This document shows, in pieces, positions 9,880-20,056 of a stretch of 64,000 nt of DNA (its first letter is position 1; each line of letters starts with the position of its first letter). The notes under the pieces were generated by a model that did not search any database, was not told the DNA's origin, and saw only the letters and a program-made list of their open reading frames with translations. The stretch covers positions 23,922 through 87,921 of the forward strand of contig JBPOFK010000001.1 of NCBI GenBank assembly GCA_051252095.1, given 5' to 3'. The DNA comes from Methylophilaceae bacterium (GTDB lineage Bacteria > Pseudomonadota > Gammaproteobacteria > Burkholderiales > Methylophilaceae). The translations under genes were made by a program, and so were the position numbers.

Positions 9880-10992
9880 TTATATTAAGCGTTGGTATTT
9901 TCCACCCGCTAATGCCGCCACTTTACCTTCTAATTCCAGCAGCATAAGCATGGATGAAAGTGTTTCTGTCGTCAATCCTGAAGCGTCAAGCAAGGGCTCG
10001 AAACTAATGGGGTCAAACCCCATCAACGCTAGGATAGAGCTGCTTTCTGGCGTGCTTTGGCCCTTTTGGGTTACGGGCCCAATGGGGCTATGGGCTGGAA
10101 TCACGTTTTTGAGTTCTTCAATGATATCAGCAGAACTTTCTACTAATTTTGCACCTTGTTTGATGAGTTGATGGCAGCCTTTAGAAACAGGGGAGTGTAT
10201 AGAGCCTGGAACTGCAAATACTTCTCTTCCTTGCTCTGCGGCAAGCCGCGCAGTAATCATCGATCCGCTATCTTTATTTGCCTCTATTACTAAGCAGCCT
10301 AAACTTAACCCACTGATAATACGATTGCGACGCGGGAAATTTTGTGCTTTTGATGGCGTGCCAAGTGGGAATTCGGAAAGTATGAGGCCATGTGATGCAA
10401 TTTGATGCGCTAATTCACGATGTTTGGCAGGATATACAATATCTAAGCCGGTACCAACAACAGCAATGGTAGCACCATTGCTTTTAAGTGCACCGCGATG
10501 GGCGGCACCATCAATACCTAGTGCCATACCGCTGATAATGCAAAATCCTTGATCACATAAGTCTCTAGAAAAACTTTCTGCGTTTTTTTCACCTTGTTGG
10601 GTTGCATTGCGGCTACCTACGACTGCAATCGCTGGTTGGTTGAGTAATGTCAGGTTACCAATTGCATAAAGAATGACTGGAGGGCTGCTAGTTTGCAATA
10701 GCTGTTGAGGATAATGCGTGTCGCCTAGCGTGATGACATGGGCATTATCTTTTTCAAGCCATTGCAGTGTGGCTTCAACAGCTTCCGGCTGGACACCTTG
10801 GTAAATGCTTGTTGCAATCTCATCGCTGACAACTGATTTAAGCTGAGAAATGCTTGCGCTGAAAATACTTTCTGGGGTACCAAATTTACGCAGTAGTTGA
10901 TATACACCAGCACTTCCTAAGCCTTGAATTTGATTGAGCGCCACCCATAATGCAATCTCGTCGGGTTCTTCAGGCTGTATGGCATGCTGCAT
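9880..10992 (-). CDS. dprA: DNA-processing protein DprA
   Basis: 370 aa. Rossmann-like core VVGSRNAT..ISGMALGIDGAAHRGAL..VVGTGLD. Confidence 0.92.
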   Translation of the reverse strand: MQHAIQPEEPDEIALWVALNQIQGLGSAGVYQLLRKFGTPESIFSASISQLKSVVSDEIATSIYQGVQPEAVEATLQWLEKDNAHVITLGDTHYPQQLLQTSSPPVILYAIGNLTLLNQPAIAVVGSRNATQQGEKNAESFSRDLCDQGFCIISGMALGIDGAAHRGALKSNGATIAVVGTGLDIVYPAKHRELAHQIASHGLILSEFPLGTPSKAQNFPRRNRIISGLSLGCLVIEANKDSGSMITARLAAEQGREVFAVPGSIHSPVSKGCHQLIKQGAKLVESSADIIEELKNVIPAHSPIGPVTQKGQSTPESSSILALMGFDPISFEPLLDASGLTTETLSSMLMLLELEGKVAALAGGKYQRLI

Positions 10993-12081
10993 TTATGGCG
11001 TATGTACTGCATCCAATGTATAAACAGAACCTGTCGTATTCATGATAAGGCCATAAGAAACGCGGTCAAATGTTCTAAAAACCATCATAAGACCAACTCT
11101 TTCATCTGGTAGCTTGACTTGACCTGGTTCTAAACCATTTTCTGAGGTTTCTTTTTTGTCATTTGTTTTTTTATACTCGGGATCTTTGATGATACGTCCA
11201 TAGCGACTAATTGCTAATACATGGCCTGGCTCCATACCATCTTGTTTGCCAAGGTTAATGGAAACAACCATGTTAGAACCGGCTTCAGCAACGCCACCTT
11301 CAACACCACCATGAACACGCAGAATGCGACCTTTAACGTCATTTTCAGGTGCATGAGGTACAAAACTGCTTTGGAACTCGTCTGGTGCTGCTACAAGGCG
11401 ATCTTTAACCAAAATTTCTTCTTTTGCAGTGACGATGTCAGCGGATGCCGGCTCGCCAAATCGTTTAATGTCTAAATCACCCAAGTAGACGGCCTCAGTG
11501 CCAAGCACCTCTTTTGTATCTGGGTCAATGAATTTGTCGCCAGCACGGTAAATATTCCAATGCACACCTTCACCTTCTTTAATACTGTTGACATAAACGC
11601 GCGAGCCTGGACTTAAGATGACGCGATTATCAGGGCCAGCAATGATACGTGGTGATAGATCTAGTTGATCGTTTTCGACCAGTAATGGTTGATTGAGGAA
11701 CGGTAAAATCACATTAGGTGAGATTGTTTTGATGGCTTCTTTTTCTAGATCCTCTACGCGGACTGTGGGCTCTAATGTAACTGTTTCTCTTAGTAAGCTA
11801 AGTCGTGGATCTTTTCCACTGGTATCCAACACCACCACATCCCCAGGATAAATTAAATGCGGGTTTTTAATTTGCGCACGATTCATCCGCCAAACTTTAG
11901 GCCATAGCCATGGGTCTTTAAGAAATGTTGCTGATATGTCCCATAACGTGTCACCTTTAACCACAACGTGGCGATAGGGGTGGTTTTCTTTCAGTTGTAT
12001 TTCATCAGCAAATGCATTAAGGCTTAAGCAAGTTAAGGTAAGCAGCGTTATAATATAGCGGTAAAAATATTTTTTATTCAT
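10993..12081 (-). CDS. LysM peptidoglycan-binding domain protein
   Basis: 362 aa. Signal peptide, then LysM motif HVVVKGDTLWDISATFLKDPWLWPKVW. Conserved neighbour of dprA/def. Confidence 0.85.
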   Translation of the reverse strand: MNKKYFYRYIITLLTLTCLSLNAFADEIQLKENHPYRHVVVKGDTLWDISATFLKDPWLWPKVWRMNRAQIKNPHLIYPGDVVVLDTSGKDPRLSLLRETVTLEPTVRVEDLEKEAIKTISPNVILPFLNQPLLVENDQLDLSPRIIAGPDNRVILSPGSRVYVNSIKEGEGVHWNIYRAGDKFIDPDTKEVLGTEAVYLGDLDIKRFGEPASADIVTAKEEILVKDRLVAAPDEFQSSFVPHAPENDVKGRILRVHGGVEGGVAEAGSNMVVSINLGKQDGMEPGHVLAISRYGRIIKDPEYKKTNDKKETSENGLEPGQVKLPDERVGLMMVFRTFDRVSYGLIMNTTGSVYTLDAVHTP

Positions 12082-12185
12082 TGAATGACCTCGGTCAATA
12101 ATGCGGATTGTATCCGCGAAATTAGATTAAATTTATCACGTAATTTATTAAGAAATCAAGTTTTTTTGGCAAAATAACCGACTTT

Positions 12186-12701
12186 ATGACGACCTTAACT
12201 ATATTGAATTACCCAGACCCGCGTTTACACAAGGTGGCAAAACCTGTTTTAGATGTAAATGATGAGATACGGCAATTGATTGAAGATATGGCAGAAACGA
12301 TGTATGCCGCGCCAGGTATAGGATTGGCAGCGACGCAAGTTGATCGGCATATTCAATTAATTGTCATTGATACGAGTAAAGAGCAAAATGACTTGCTAGT
12401 ATTAATCAATCCTAAAATTGTTGCAAAAAGCGGACAGCAAGAGTACGAGGAGGGTTGTTTGTCAGTGCCAGGCGTTTATGAAACGGTGACGAGAGCCGAG
12501 AAAATTACAGTAGAAGCACTCGACCGTAATGGCGATAAGTTCAAAATGGATGTGGATGGATTATTGGCCGTTTGCATACAGCATGAAATAGATCATTTAT
12601 TAGGTAAAGTATTTGTCGAATACCTGTCTCCATTAAAGCGTAATCGGATTAAAACGAAATTAGTTAAGCATGCGCGAGAAATTGCAAGAAACACATACTA
12701 G
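12186..12701 (+). CDS. def: peptide deformylase
   Basis: 171 aa. [24 protein letters not shown] motifs. Confidence 0.96.
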   Translation: MTTLTILNYPDPRLHKVAKPVLDVNDEIRQLIEDMAETMYAAPGIGLAATQVDRHIQLIVIDTSKEQNDLLVLINPKIVAKSGQQEYEEGCLSVPGVYETVTRAEKITVEALDRNGDKFKMDVDGLLAVCIQHEIDHLLGKVFVEYLSPLKRNRIKTKLVKHAREIARNTY

Positions 12702-12713
12702 GCAGCCAATATC

Positions 12714-13640
12714 ATGAAAATTATTTTTGCTGGCACGCCTGAATTTGCAGTGCCCGCACTGGAAGCATTAATCGAATCTGGTCATGAAATTGCAATGGTG
12801 TTAACGCAACCAGACCGTCCTGCTGGAAGAGGAATGAAGTTGCGAGCGAGTCCAGTTAAAGTGTTGGCTTTAAAATGCGGCTTAACGGTTTTTCAACCAG
12901 TCTCACTAAAACCTGAAGAGGTGCAATCACAGATTGCAGATGTGCACGCTGAGGTGATGATAGTGGCTGCTTATGGTCTCATAATTCCAACAGATATTCT
13001 CAATATGCCAAAGTACGGCTGTTACAACATCCATGGTTCATTATTACCAAGATGGCGAGGTGCAGCACCTATTCATAGGGCAATTTTGGCGGGAGATACT
13101 GAAACAGGCGTAACCATAATGGAGGTTGTACCGAAGTTAGACGCAGGTGCAATGGTTTCTAAAGGGAAAGTGCCCATATTAGAAACAGATACAACGCAAA
13201 GTTTACATGATGCCATTAGTCACTTAGGTGCAAAAATGATGGTAGAAGCGATGCAAACTTTGCAATCATCGGGACGTTTAGCTGCGGAACCTCAAGACGA
13301 GAATTTGGTTACTTATGCGCATAAGGTTGAAAAATCTGAATCAACATTGGATTGGCGTTTGTCAGCCGTTGCTTTGTCAAGGCAGGTGCGTGCTTTCAAC
13401 CCATTTCCTGTCGCTACAGCAAAATTTAGAGGAGAGACATGCCGGATTTGGTTTGCAACTGCAAGCAAAGGGCAAGCAACCCAAGGCGAAATAGTCGGCA
13501 TTGACGCTGCCATAACAGTCGGTTGTGCAGAAGGTCTGCTCTTGATTCATGAGTTACAAATGCCAGGAGCGAAAAAGCAATCGGCACAACAATTTATTCA
13601 AGGGCACCATGTCAAATTAGGTGAATTTTTTTCACATTAA
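12714..13640 (+). CDS. fmt: methionyl-tRNA formyltransferase
   Basis: 308 aa. MKIIFAGTPEFAVP, HGSLLPRWRGAAPI. Confidence 0.96.
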   Translation: MKIIFAGTPEFAVPALEALIESGHEIAMVLTQPDRPAGRGMKLRASPVKVLALKCGLTVFQPVSLKPEEVQSQIADVHAEVMIVAAYGLIIPTDILNMPKYGCYNIHGSLLPRWRGAAPIHRAILAGDTETGVTIMEVVPKLDAGAMVSKGKVPILETDTTQSLHDAISHLGAKMMVEAMQTLQSSGRLAAEPQDENLVTYAHKVEKSESTLDWRLSAVALSRQVRAFNPFPVATAKFRGETCRIWFATASKGQATQGEIVGIDAAITVGCAEGLLLIHELQMPGAKKQSAQQFIQGHHVKLGEFFSH

Positions 13641-13670
13641 CTTGAATATAATGACTGGTAGTACCATATT
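13641..13670 (+). promoter_or_regulatory. candidate sigma-32 (heat-shock) promoter for htpX
   Basis: CTTGAA (13641-13646), 15 nt, tACCATaT (13662-13669) resembles CTTGAA-N13-15-CCCCATNT. htpX is a heat-shock regulon member in E. coli. Motif match only. Confidence 0.3.
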
Positions 13671-13717
13671 AACCGTATTGAAAATGAGCTTATTTTAATG
13701 GCTAGGAGAGATATGTC

Positions 13718-14572
13718 ATGTTAGGCAACTGGATTAAAACATTTGTATTGATGGCAGCAATCACTGCTTTGTTTGGTAGTGTGGGTGCTGCATTTGGAGG
13801 CTACAGTGGCATGATGATCGCGCTGGTATTTGCTGGTGCGATGAATGTGTATGCATATTGGTTTTCTGATAAAGCTGTATTGAAAATGTATCGTGCGCAA
13901 GAAGTTACACCAGATAACGCGCAATTCCGCGGGTATTATAATATGGTGAAGGAGTTGGCAGAAAATGCACAGTTGCCTATGCCAAAAGTATATGTCATTG
14001 ACGAGCAACAGCCGAATGCATTTGCAACAGGCAGAAATCCTGAACACGCTGCTGTAGCAGCAACAGCGGGGATTATGCAGATATTGAGTGAACGTGAATT
14101 GCGAGGGGTGATGGCACATGAACTTGCTCATGTAAAACACAGAGATACGTTGATTTCTACTATATCAGCAACCGTTGCTGGTGCAATATCAGCGATAGCG
14201 CAATTCGGCATGCTTTTTGGTGGTGGGCAAGGTGATAATAGGCCAAATGCAATTATTGGTTTGTTGATGATGTTCTTGGCGCCTATGGCAGCGGGTCTGA
14301 TTCAAATGGCTATTTCTCGTGCTAGAGAGTATGAAGCAGATAGAGGTGGAGCTGAAATCTGTAAAGATCCTAAAGCATTGGCTTCTGCGCTGGAAAAAAT
14401 TCATAATTACGCACATCAGATTCCAAATCAAACAGCGGAGCTGCATCCTGAAACTGGGCAGATGATGATAATTAACCCACTATCCGGTAAAAGTCTAAAA
14501 GGGTTGTTTAGCACGCATCCGCAAACAGAAGAACGCGTAAGGCGATTGTTGGCAATGGCGAACCAATACTAG
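13718..14572 (+). CDS. htpX: zinc metalloprotease HtpX
   Basis: 284 aa. TM N-terminus, HELAHV zinc motif, M48 family. Confidence 0.93.
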   Translation: MLGNWIKTFVLMAAITALFGSVGAAFGGYSGMMIALVFAGAMNVYAYWFSDKAVLKMYRAQEVTPDNAQFRGYYNMVKELAENAQLPMPKVYVIDEQQPNAFATGRNPEHAAVAATAGIMQILSERELRGVMAHELAHVKHRDTLISTISATVAGAISAIAQFGMLFGGGQGDNRPNAIIGLLMMFLAPMAAGLIQMAISRAREYEADRGGAEICKDPKALASALEKIHNYAHQIPNQTAELHPETGQMMIINPLSGKSLKGLFSTHPQTEERVRRLLAMANQY

Positions 14573-14593
14573 TATGAATATGGACAAGAAAGT

Positions 14594-14618
14594 GGGCGAT
14601 GAAGAGTCGCCCTTTTTT
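14594..14618 (+). terminator. rho-independent terminator after htpX
   Basis: GGGCGAtgaagagTCGCCC followed by TTTTTT. Confidence 0.8.
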
Positions 14619-14686
14619 GTTTGTAGTAATGCATGATTACTATAAACTGCATCTCATTCAAATTTAATCGTTAGAAGAAAACAACT

Positions 14687-15970
14687 TTGTATATTTCACA
14701 ACAAATCGCGGCGATGGCCGTATCTGATGTTTTGTCTGGTCGTAATTTGACTGTGGCATTGCCTGACGCACTGAAAGCTTTTCCTCAAGCTACGCAACAA
14801 CAAAAGGGCGGTGGTGCAGATTTGAGCTATGGCACATTACGCTTTTTGGGTGAATCTCGTGCATATTTAGAGCAGTTGATGGAGAAGCCTGTCAATAACG
14901 CAGACATTCAATCATTGTTACTCGTCGCGCTATATCAGTTATTACATGATCAGGCTGATGATTTTACCGTCGTAGATCAGGCGGTAAAGGCAGCAGGAAA
15001 AGCTAAACCACGATGGGCAAGAGGCTTGGTCAATGGAGTGCTGCGTAATTTTTTAAGAAAAAAAGAGTCACTTCAATCAGTGGTTGAAGCAGATGAGGCG
15101 GCACTTTATTCTTATCCACAGTGGTGGATAGATAAACTTAAGATTCAATATCCAGATAATTGGCAATCAATATTGCAGATTGGCAATATGCACCCGCCGA
15201 TGACTTTGCGTGTGAACAGTAGAAAATCCAGTGTAAAAGAATATGTACAATTATTACAGCGACAAGATATAGAAGCGACAGTATTAGAAGGCGAAGCCAT
15301 CATACTTGCCAAACCAGTCTCTGTTGAGAAAATACCAGGCTTTATGGAAGGTGTCGTTTCTATACAAGATTATGGTGCGCAGCTAGCAGCACATGCTTTG
15401 GATTTAAAACCAAATTTGCGTGTACTAGATGCCTGTAGTGCACCTGGTGGTAAAGCGGGTCATATAATGGAACTGGCTGATGTGAAGTTGACGGCACTAG
15501 ACAATGATGCCAATAGGCTAACCCGAGTACAAGATAACTTTACAAGATTAAACATAAGCGCGTTAGCAGCGCTTGGCGATGCAGCGCAGTGGCAAGCGGA
15601 TCAAACGTTTGATCGCATTTTGGCAGATGTACCATGTTCAGCATCGGGTATCGTCAGGCGTCATGTTGATATTAAGTGGTTGCGACGTGCTACAGACATT
15701 GTCTCGTTTACGCAACAACAAGCGCTAATTTTAGCTAATTTGTGGCGTTTGTTGTCAAAAGGCGGTAAATTGGTTTATGTTACTTGTTCAATATTTGCTG
15801 AAGAAAATCAGCAGCAAATTGATCGCTTTTTAAAACAAAATGCAGATGCAACTCAATTGCCATTAGGGTTGATTGATGATGGAGTTAAAAACATTCATAT
15901 TCAGCATGGTCAACTTATTCCCTCAAAAACTCATGATGGCTTTTTCTATGCTTTATTACAAAAGAATTAG
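14687..15970 (+). CDS. rsmB: 16S rRNA (cytosine967-C5)-methyltransferase
   Basis: 427 aa with a TTG start. NusB-like N-domain plus SAM methyltransferase core LDACSAPGGK, DVPCSASG, YVTCS. Sits downstream of def-fmt. Confidence 0.9.
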   Translation: MYISQQIAAMAVSDVLSGRNLTVALPDALKAFPQATQQQKGGGADLSYGTLRFLGESRAYLEQLMEKPVNNADIQSLLLVALYQLLHDQADDFTVVDQAVKAAGKAKPRWARGLVNGVLRNFLRKKESLQSVVEADEAALYSYPQWWIDKLKIQYPDNWQSILQIGNMHPPMTLRVNSRKSSVKEYVQLLQRQDIEATVLEGEAIILAKPVSVEKIPGFMEGVVSIQDYGAQLAAHALDLKPNLRVLDACSAPGGKAGHIMELADVKLTALDNDANRLTRVQDNFTRLNISALAALGDAAQWQADQTFDRILADVPCSASGIVRRHVDIKWLRRATDIVSFTQQQALILANLWRLLSKGGKLVYVTCSIFAEENQQQIDRFLKQNADATQLPLGLIDDGVKNIHIQHGQLIPSKTHDGFFYALLQKN

Positions 15971-16502
15971 CCTGTTTATTGTCATCAGCTTCTTGTGTTT
16001 TCAAGCAGTCGCCTCTGCCGGTAGTATTGTCATTAAAGGCGCAGATCTAACGCTAAATGGCGAAGCGTATCGACTTAATGCCGACTTAGAGATTGATCTT
16101 AATGACAAAGTAGAAGAGGCTGTCAATAAGGGTGTCAATGTCACATTTTTGTACGAGTTTGCATTAGTGAAGCCAAGAACATTTTGGTTCGATAAAGAAG
16201 TCACAACGGCAAGTACAAATATTTCGGTAAGCTATCACGCGCTTAGCCGACAGTATTTAGTGAGTCAAAATGGACGTCAAACTTCTCATGAAATATTAAG
16301 TGAAGCAATGATAGAGCTTGTGCAATTGTATGACTGGAAGGTTTTGGATAAGTCTAAGGTTAATCCTGATGAAACGTATGACGCGACACTTAGTGTTAAA
16401 TTAGATCAGTCAAAATTACCTAAGGCGATACAAGTCGAAACCATTGGTTCAGAAAATTGGAGTATGGTATCCGAGCCCTTTGAGTGGGTGCCTAAACTTT
16501 AA
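15948..16502 (+). CDS. DUF4390 domain protein (secreted)
   Basis: The track ORF begins at 15873, inside rsmB. I prefer an internal Met (15933/15936/15948), which gives the signal peptide MLYYKRISLFIVISFLCFQAVASA. It occupies the conserved slot between rsmB and ntrY. The exact start is uncertain. Confidence 0.65.
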   Translation: MLYYKRISLFIVISFLCFQAVASAGSIVIKGADLTLNGEAYRLNADLEIDLNDKVEEAVNKGVNVTFLYEFALVKPRTFWFDKEVTTASTNISVSYHALSRQYLVSQNGRQTSHEILSEAMIELVQLYDWKVLDKSKVNPDETYDATLSVKLDQSKLPKAIQVETIGSENWSMVSEPFEWVPKL

Positions 16503-16511
16503 GTCATTAGT

Positions 16512-18680
16512 ATGAGATATATCGTATTTTTCAGTACGGCATTAGGTTTGATATTGTTGTATTTGCTGTCCTTAGCAAGTGCAAACACAGCAATATCTGG
16601 CAACTATTACAAAATTTTGCTCTACCTCAATATTGCACTGGCTACAGTGCTTGTAGGCCTTATTGGGCTGCAGTTTAAAAACTTATATATCAATATTAAA
16701 AATCATGTTGTCGGCAGTCGGTTAAACCTGCGCATGGTCAGCGCTTTTGCCATGATGGCAATCATTCCAGGCGTGATTGTTTATGCAGTATCCGTTAACT
16801 TTCTTTCACAATCGATTGAGTCTTGGTTTAACGTCAAAGTGGAGTCTGCTTTAGATAGTGGGTTAAGTTTGGGGCAGCGTGCCTTAGATGCCTTACTTGC
16901 AGATATGGAGCTAAAAGCAGAAAGCATGGCGACCTCATTGTCACTTCAGCCAGTCAGGTCGCAGTATAGGTTGTTGAATGATTTGCGTGAGAAGTCTGGT
17001 ATTCAAGATGCGACTTTACTATCACCAAGCGGACGGATAATGGCAGTTTCCAGCGGTGATTCCGCTACCTTTCTGCCAGAGCTGCCAAGCTTATCTCAAT
17101 TAAAACAAGCTAGCTATCGCTTGGTCGGTAAGGTGGAACCAATCCCTGATAAGGGTTTGTATTTACGCATACTTGTCCCTGTCAACTCAACGGAGTTAAC
17201 AGGAGACACACTGATCCTTCAGCTATTGCATCCAGTTCCTAAAACCTTGTCGAATACAGCTGAATCGGTGCAAGAAGTTTATCGTGATTATCAAGAGCTC
17301 TCGTATAGTAGAAACTCTCTGAAAGATATTTTTAAACTCACACTGACGTTAGTCTTGATGCTCGCTATGCTGTCTGCATTGGCGATTGCATTTGTTCTCA
17401 GTCGAAGGCTATCTCAGCCATTAACAGTGCTAGCAGAGGGCACAAGAACGATAGCAGATGGTAACTATGACAAAATATTGCCAGAGCATGGTAAGGATGA
17501 GTTGGGTGTATTAGTTAAGTCCTTCAATAGCATGACACGCCAATTACAAGATGCCAATAAAGCAACTGAACGAAATCGTGCAAGATTAGAAGCGGCGCGC
17601 GGGTATCTCGAAACAATTTTGGCACACTTGTCATCGGGGGTTTTAGCAATTAATCGCAATGGGGAGTTAAGAACGTTCAATTTGGCCGCAACAGGTATTT
17701 TAGGCGTGAATTTAGGGCCATACGAAAACGAGAAATTTACTAAAATAGCTGTTGAACACCATTTTCTTGCGGAGTTTGTAAAGGTGGTGCAGACGCATTT
17801 TGAGCTTACACTGGAAGCGGAGCAAACTAAAGCAGAGCTTAGTAGGCAACTAGAGGTGTTGGGCCCGCAAGGTAAACAGTTATTGTTGGTACGTGCGACT
17901 AGACTACCAGCTAACGCTAATAGTGGGTTTGTCGTTGTGTTTGATGATGTTACAACGATGGTGCAAGCCCAACGTGATGCAGCTTGGAGTGAGGTTGCAC
18001 GTCGCTTGGCGCATGAGATTAAAAACCCGCTCACGCCAATTCAGCTCTCTGCTGAAAGGATGCAACATAAATTATCTGACAAGCTAAATAAAGAAGATGC
18101 AAGCATGCTTAAGCGTGCCACAACGACAATAGTCAACCAAGTGGGTGCGATGAAGTCAATGGTGAATGAGTTTAGTGAGTATGCGCGGGCACCATCTGCG
18201 CATCTAACTAAGATTAATGTTAATCAACTTATTAAAGATGTTTCGGGGTTATATGAAAATTCGCAGGCAAAGATAAGTTATGATTTAGCACCAGAAATGC
18301 CCGATTTAATGGGGGATGGCACCATGTTAAGACAGGTGTTGCATAATTTAATGCAAAATGCACAAGACGCGCTTGTTGGGGAAGACACGCCTGAAATTAT
18401 AGTGAAAACAGCTTGGAATGACACAGAGGTAATGTTGCTTGTTAGTGATAATGGTCAAGGGTTTCCTGAAGATGTGCTCGCTCATGCATATGAACCATAT
18501 GTCACGACAAAAGCGCATGGGACTGGCTTAGGTTTGGCAATTGTCAAAAAAATGGTGGAAGAACATTTTGGGCAAATTAAAATAGAAAATAACCCTTCTG
18601 GTGGTGCTTGTATTACTATACAGTTACCAGTGGCGAAGGACATTGCTTTAGAAACTAAAAAACAAGCTAAATTAAAATAG
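16512..18680 (+). CDS. ntrY: sensor histidine kinase NtrY-like (TM-HAMP-PAS-HisKA-HATPase)
   Basis: 722 aa. N-terminal TM segments, HAMP, H-box HEIKNPLTPIQLSAE, and N/G boxes (NLMQNAQDA, DNGQGF, GTGLGLAIV). Confidence 0.88.
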   Translation: MRYIVFFSTALGLILLYLLSLASANTAISGNYYKILLYLNIALATVLVGLIGLQFKNLYINIKNHVVGSRLNLRMVSAFAMMAIIPGVIVYAVSVNFLSQSIESWFNVKVESALDSGLSLGQRALDALLADMELKAESMATSLSLQPVRSQYRLLNDLREKSGIQDATLLSPSGRIMAVSSGDSATFLPELPSLSQLKQASYRLVGKVEPIPDKGLYLRILVPVNSTELTGDTLILQLLHPVPKTLSNTAESVQEVYRDYQELSYSRNSLKDIFKLTLTLVLMLAMLSALAIAFVLSRRLSQPLTVLAEGTRTIADGNYDKILPEHGKDELGVLVKSFNSMTRQLQDANKATERNRARLEAARGYLETILAHLSSGVLAINRNGELRTFNLAATGILGVNLGPYENEKFTKIAVEHHFLAEFVKVVQTHFELTLEAEQTKAELSRQLEVLGPQGKQLLLVRATRLPANANSGFVVVFDDVTTMVQAQRDAAWSEVARRLAHEIKNPLTPIQLSAERMQHKLSDKLNKEDASMLKRATTTIVNQVGAMKSMVNEFSEYARAPSAHLTKINVNQLIKDVSGLYENSQAKISYDLAPEMPDLMGDGTMLRQVLHNLMQNAQDALVGEDTPEIIVKTAWNDTEVMLLVSDNGQGFPEDVLAHAYEPYVTTKAHGTGLGLAIVKKMVEEHFGQIKIENNPSGGACITIQLPVAKDIALETKKQAKLK

Positions 18681-18780
18681 CAAAATGAATAAAATAACAG
18701 GCAAATAAACGCAGGCGTGTTTTAATAAGCGGTTGACTGTAGAAATTAACAGGCTAGAAATAGAAAAGGTTAAAAGAAAG

Positions 18781-20043
18781 ATGGCATCTAGAAATATCTT
18801 GGTAGTAGATGACGAAGTGGGCATTCGTGAATTATTAAGTGATATTCTGCAAGATGAGGGGCATCGCGTAACAACTGCAGAGAACGCACAAATCGCCCGA
18901 GAAATGCGCTTGGCCAAGCGCCCTGATTTGGTTTTGCTCGATATCTGGATGCCAGATTGCGATGGTATCAGTCTGCTGAAAGAATGGGGTAATGCTGGCC
19001 TATTGAATATGCCAGTTGTGATGATGTCTGGGCATGGTACGATTGACACTGCCGTCGAGGCAACAAGAATTGGTGCATTCGATTTTCTGGAAAAACCAAT
19101 TGCATTACAAAAGCTGTTAAAGACAGTTGGCGAAGCACTAACGCATGCTGAAAACCTACCAAAAACAGAGATGAATTTGGCGAGTTTAGGTAAGAGTCAA
19201 GTGATCAACGAGTTGAAGCAACGGTTAGAGCAAGTATCACGCACAAAAATACCGCTGCTACTCATTGGTAAAAAAGGGGGTAGCGTAGAACTGTGCGCGC
19301 GTTTTTTACATTTACCTGATAGCCCTTGGGTGGGTCTAACTGAGTATGAAAAACTGACGAATGCACCCTTAGAAATTCTAAACCAAGCAAGGGAGGGTGT
19401 GGTTTTTATTGAAGAACTGACCTTGCTAAATAAAGCAGAACAAAAAGGCTTGGCCCTGCTGCTGTCGAATGCAAATAAGTACGATACACGAGTGATTTGT
19501 GCAACGACCTATAGCTTGCCACAGTTAGCCGAAAACAAAATGATAGAGCCAGCTTTATTGCAGGCACTCAGCAACACCAACTTAAAAGTACCTTGTTTGA
19601 ATGATCACCCTGAAGACATTCCTGAGCTTGTCGCATCTATGGCCACTTTGCTTTCAGAGTCTTCCGATAATATCCCCTATAAGAGCTTTGATGTAGCTGC
19701 CTTAAACGCTTTACGTAATGCTGAGTGGGCTGGTGATTTAAAACAACTGGAAGCGGTGGTACAAAACCTGATGCTTACAAGTCTTGGGGAAAAAATTACA
19801 CTTGAGGACGTAGCACGTGTTTTAGAGCAGTTTAATGATGCGCCAAGTGATGGCAATGCTTCTATGCCAATAGATTTAGTGCAGCCGTTGCGCAGTGCGC
19901 GCGATGAATTTGAACGCTATTATTTCAGATATCATATGAAGCTCGTAAATAATAATATGAGTAAGTTGGCTGAAATTTCTGGTCTAGAGCGTACGCATCT
20001 TTACCGAAAACTGAAGCAGTTGGGTGTGAGCATTAAAGGCTGA
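18781..20043 (+). CDS. ntrX: NtrX-like response regulator (REC + degenerate AAA+ + Fis-type HTH)
   Basis: Start moved to ATG 18781 (MASRNILVVDDEVGIRE). REC domain with LLDIWMPDCDG and C-terminal HTH NMSKLAEISGLERTHLYRKLKQL. The central domain lacks Walker A GxxGxGK[ST] (it has GKKGGSVE) and lacks GAFTGA. Confidence 0.85.
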   Translation: MASRNILVVDDEVGIRELLSDILQDEGHRVTTAENAQIAREMRLAKRPDLVLLDIWMPDCDGISLLKEWGNAGLLNMPVVMMSGHGTIDTAVEATRIGAFDFLEKPIALQKLLKTVGEALTHAENLPKTEMNLASLGKSQVINELKQRLEQVSRTKIPLLLIGKKGGSVELCARFLHLPDSPWVGLTEYEKLTNAPLEILNQAREGVVFIEELTLLNKAEQKGLALLLSNANKYDTRVICATTYSLPQLAENKMIEPALLQALSNTNLKVPCLNDHPEDIPELVASMATLLSESSDNIPYKSFDVAALNALRNAEWAGDLKQLEAVVQNLMLTSLGEKITLEDVARVLEQFNDAPSDGNASMPIDLVQPLRSARDEFERYYFRYHMKLVNNNMSKLAEISGLERTHLYRKLKQLGVSIKG

Positions 20044-20056
20044 ATATACGCTTAAA

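Noticed and set aside
15873-15947. Upstream extensions of track ORFs into preceding genes (DUF4390 here; also ntrX 18733-18780, xthA 20837-20869, moaC 35734-35787, BepA-like 35724-35816, lptG 63185-63292)
   Set aside because: Internal Met codons give canonical N-termini or signal peptides and remove the overlaps with neighbouring genes. The extensions encode implausible sequence.
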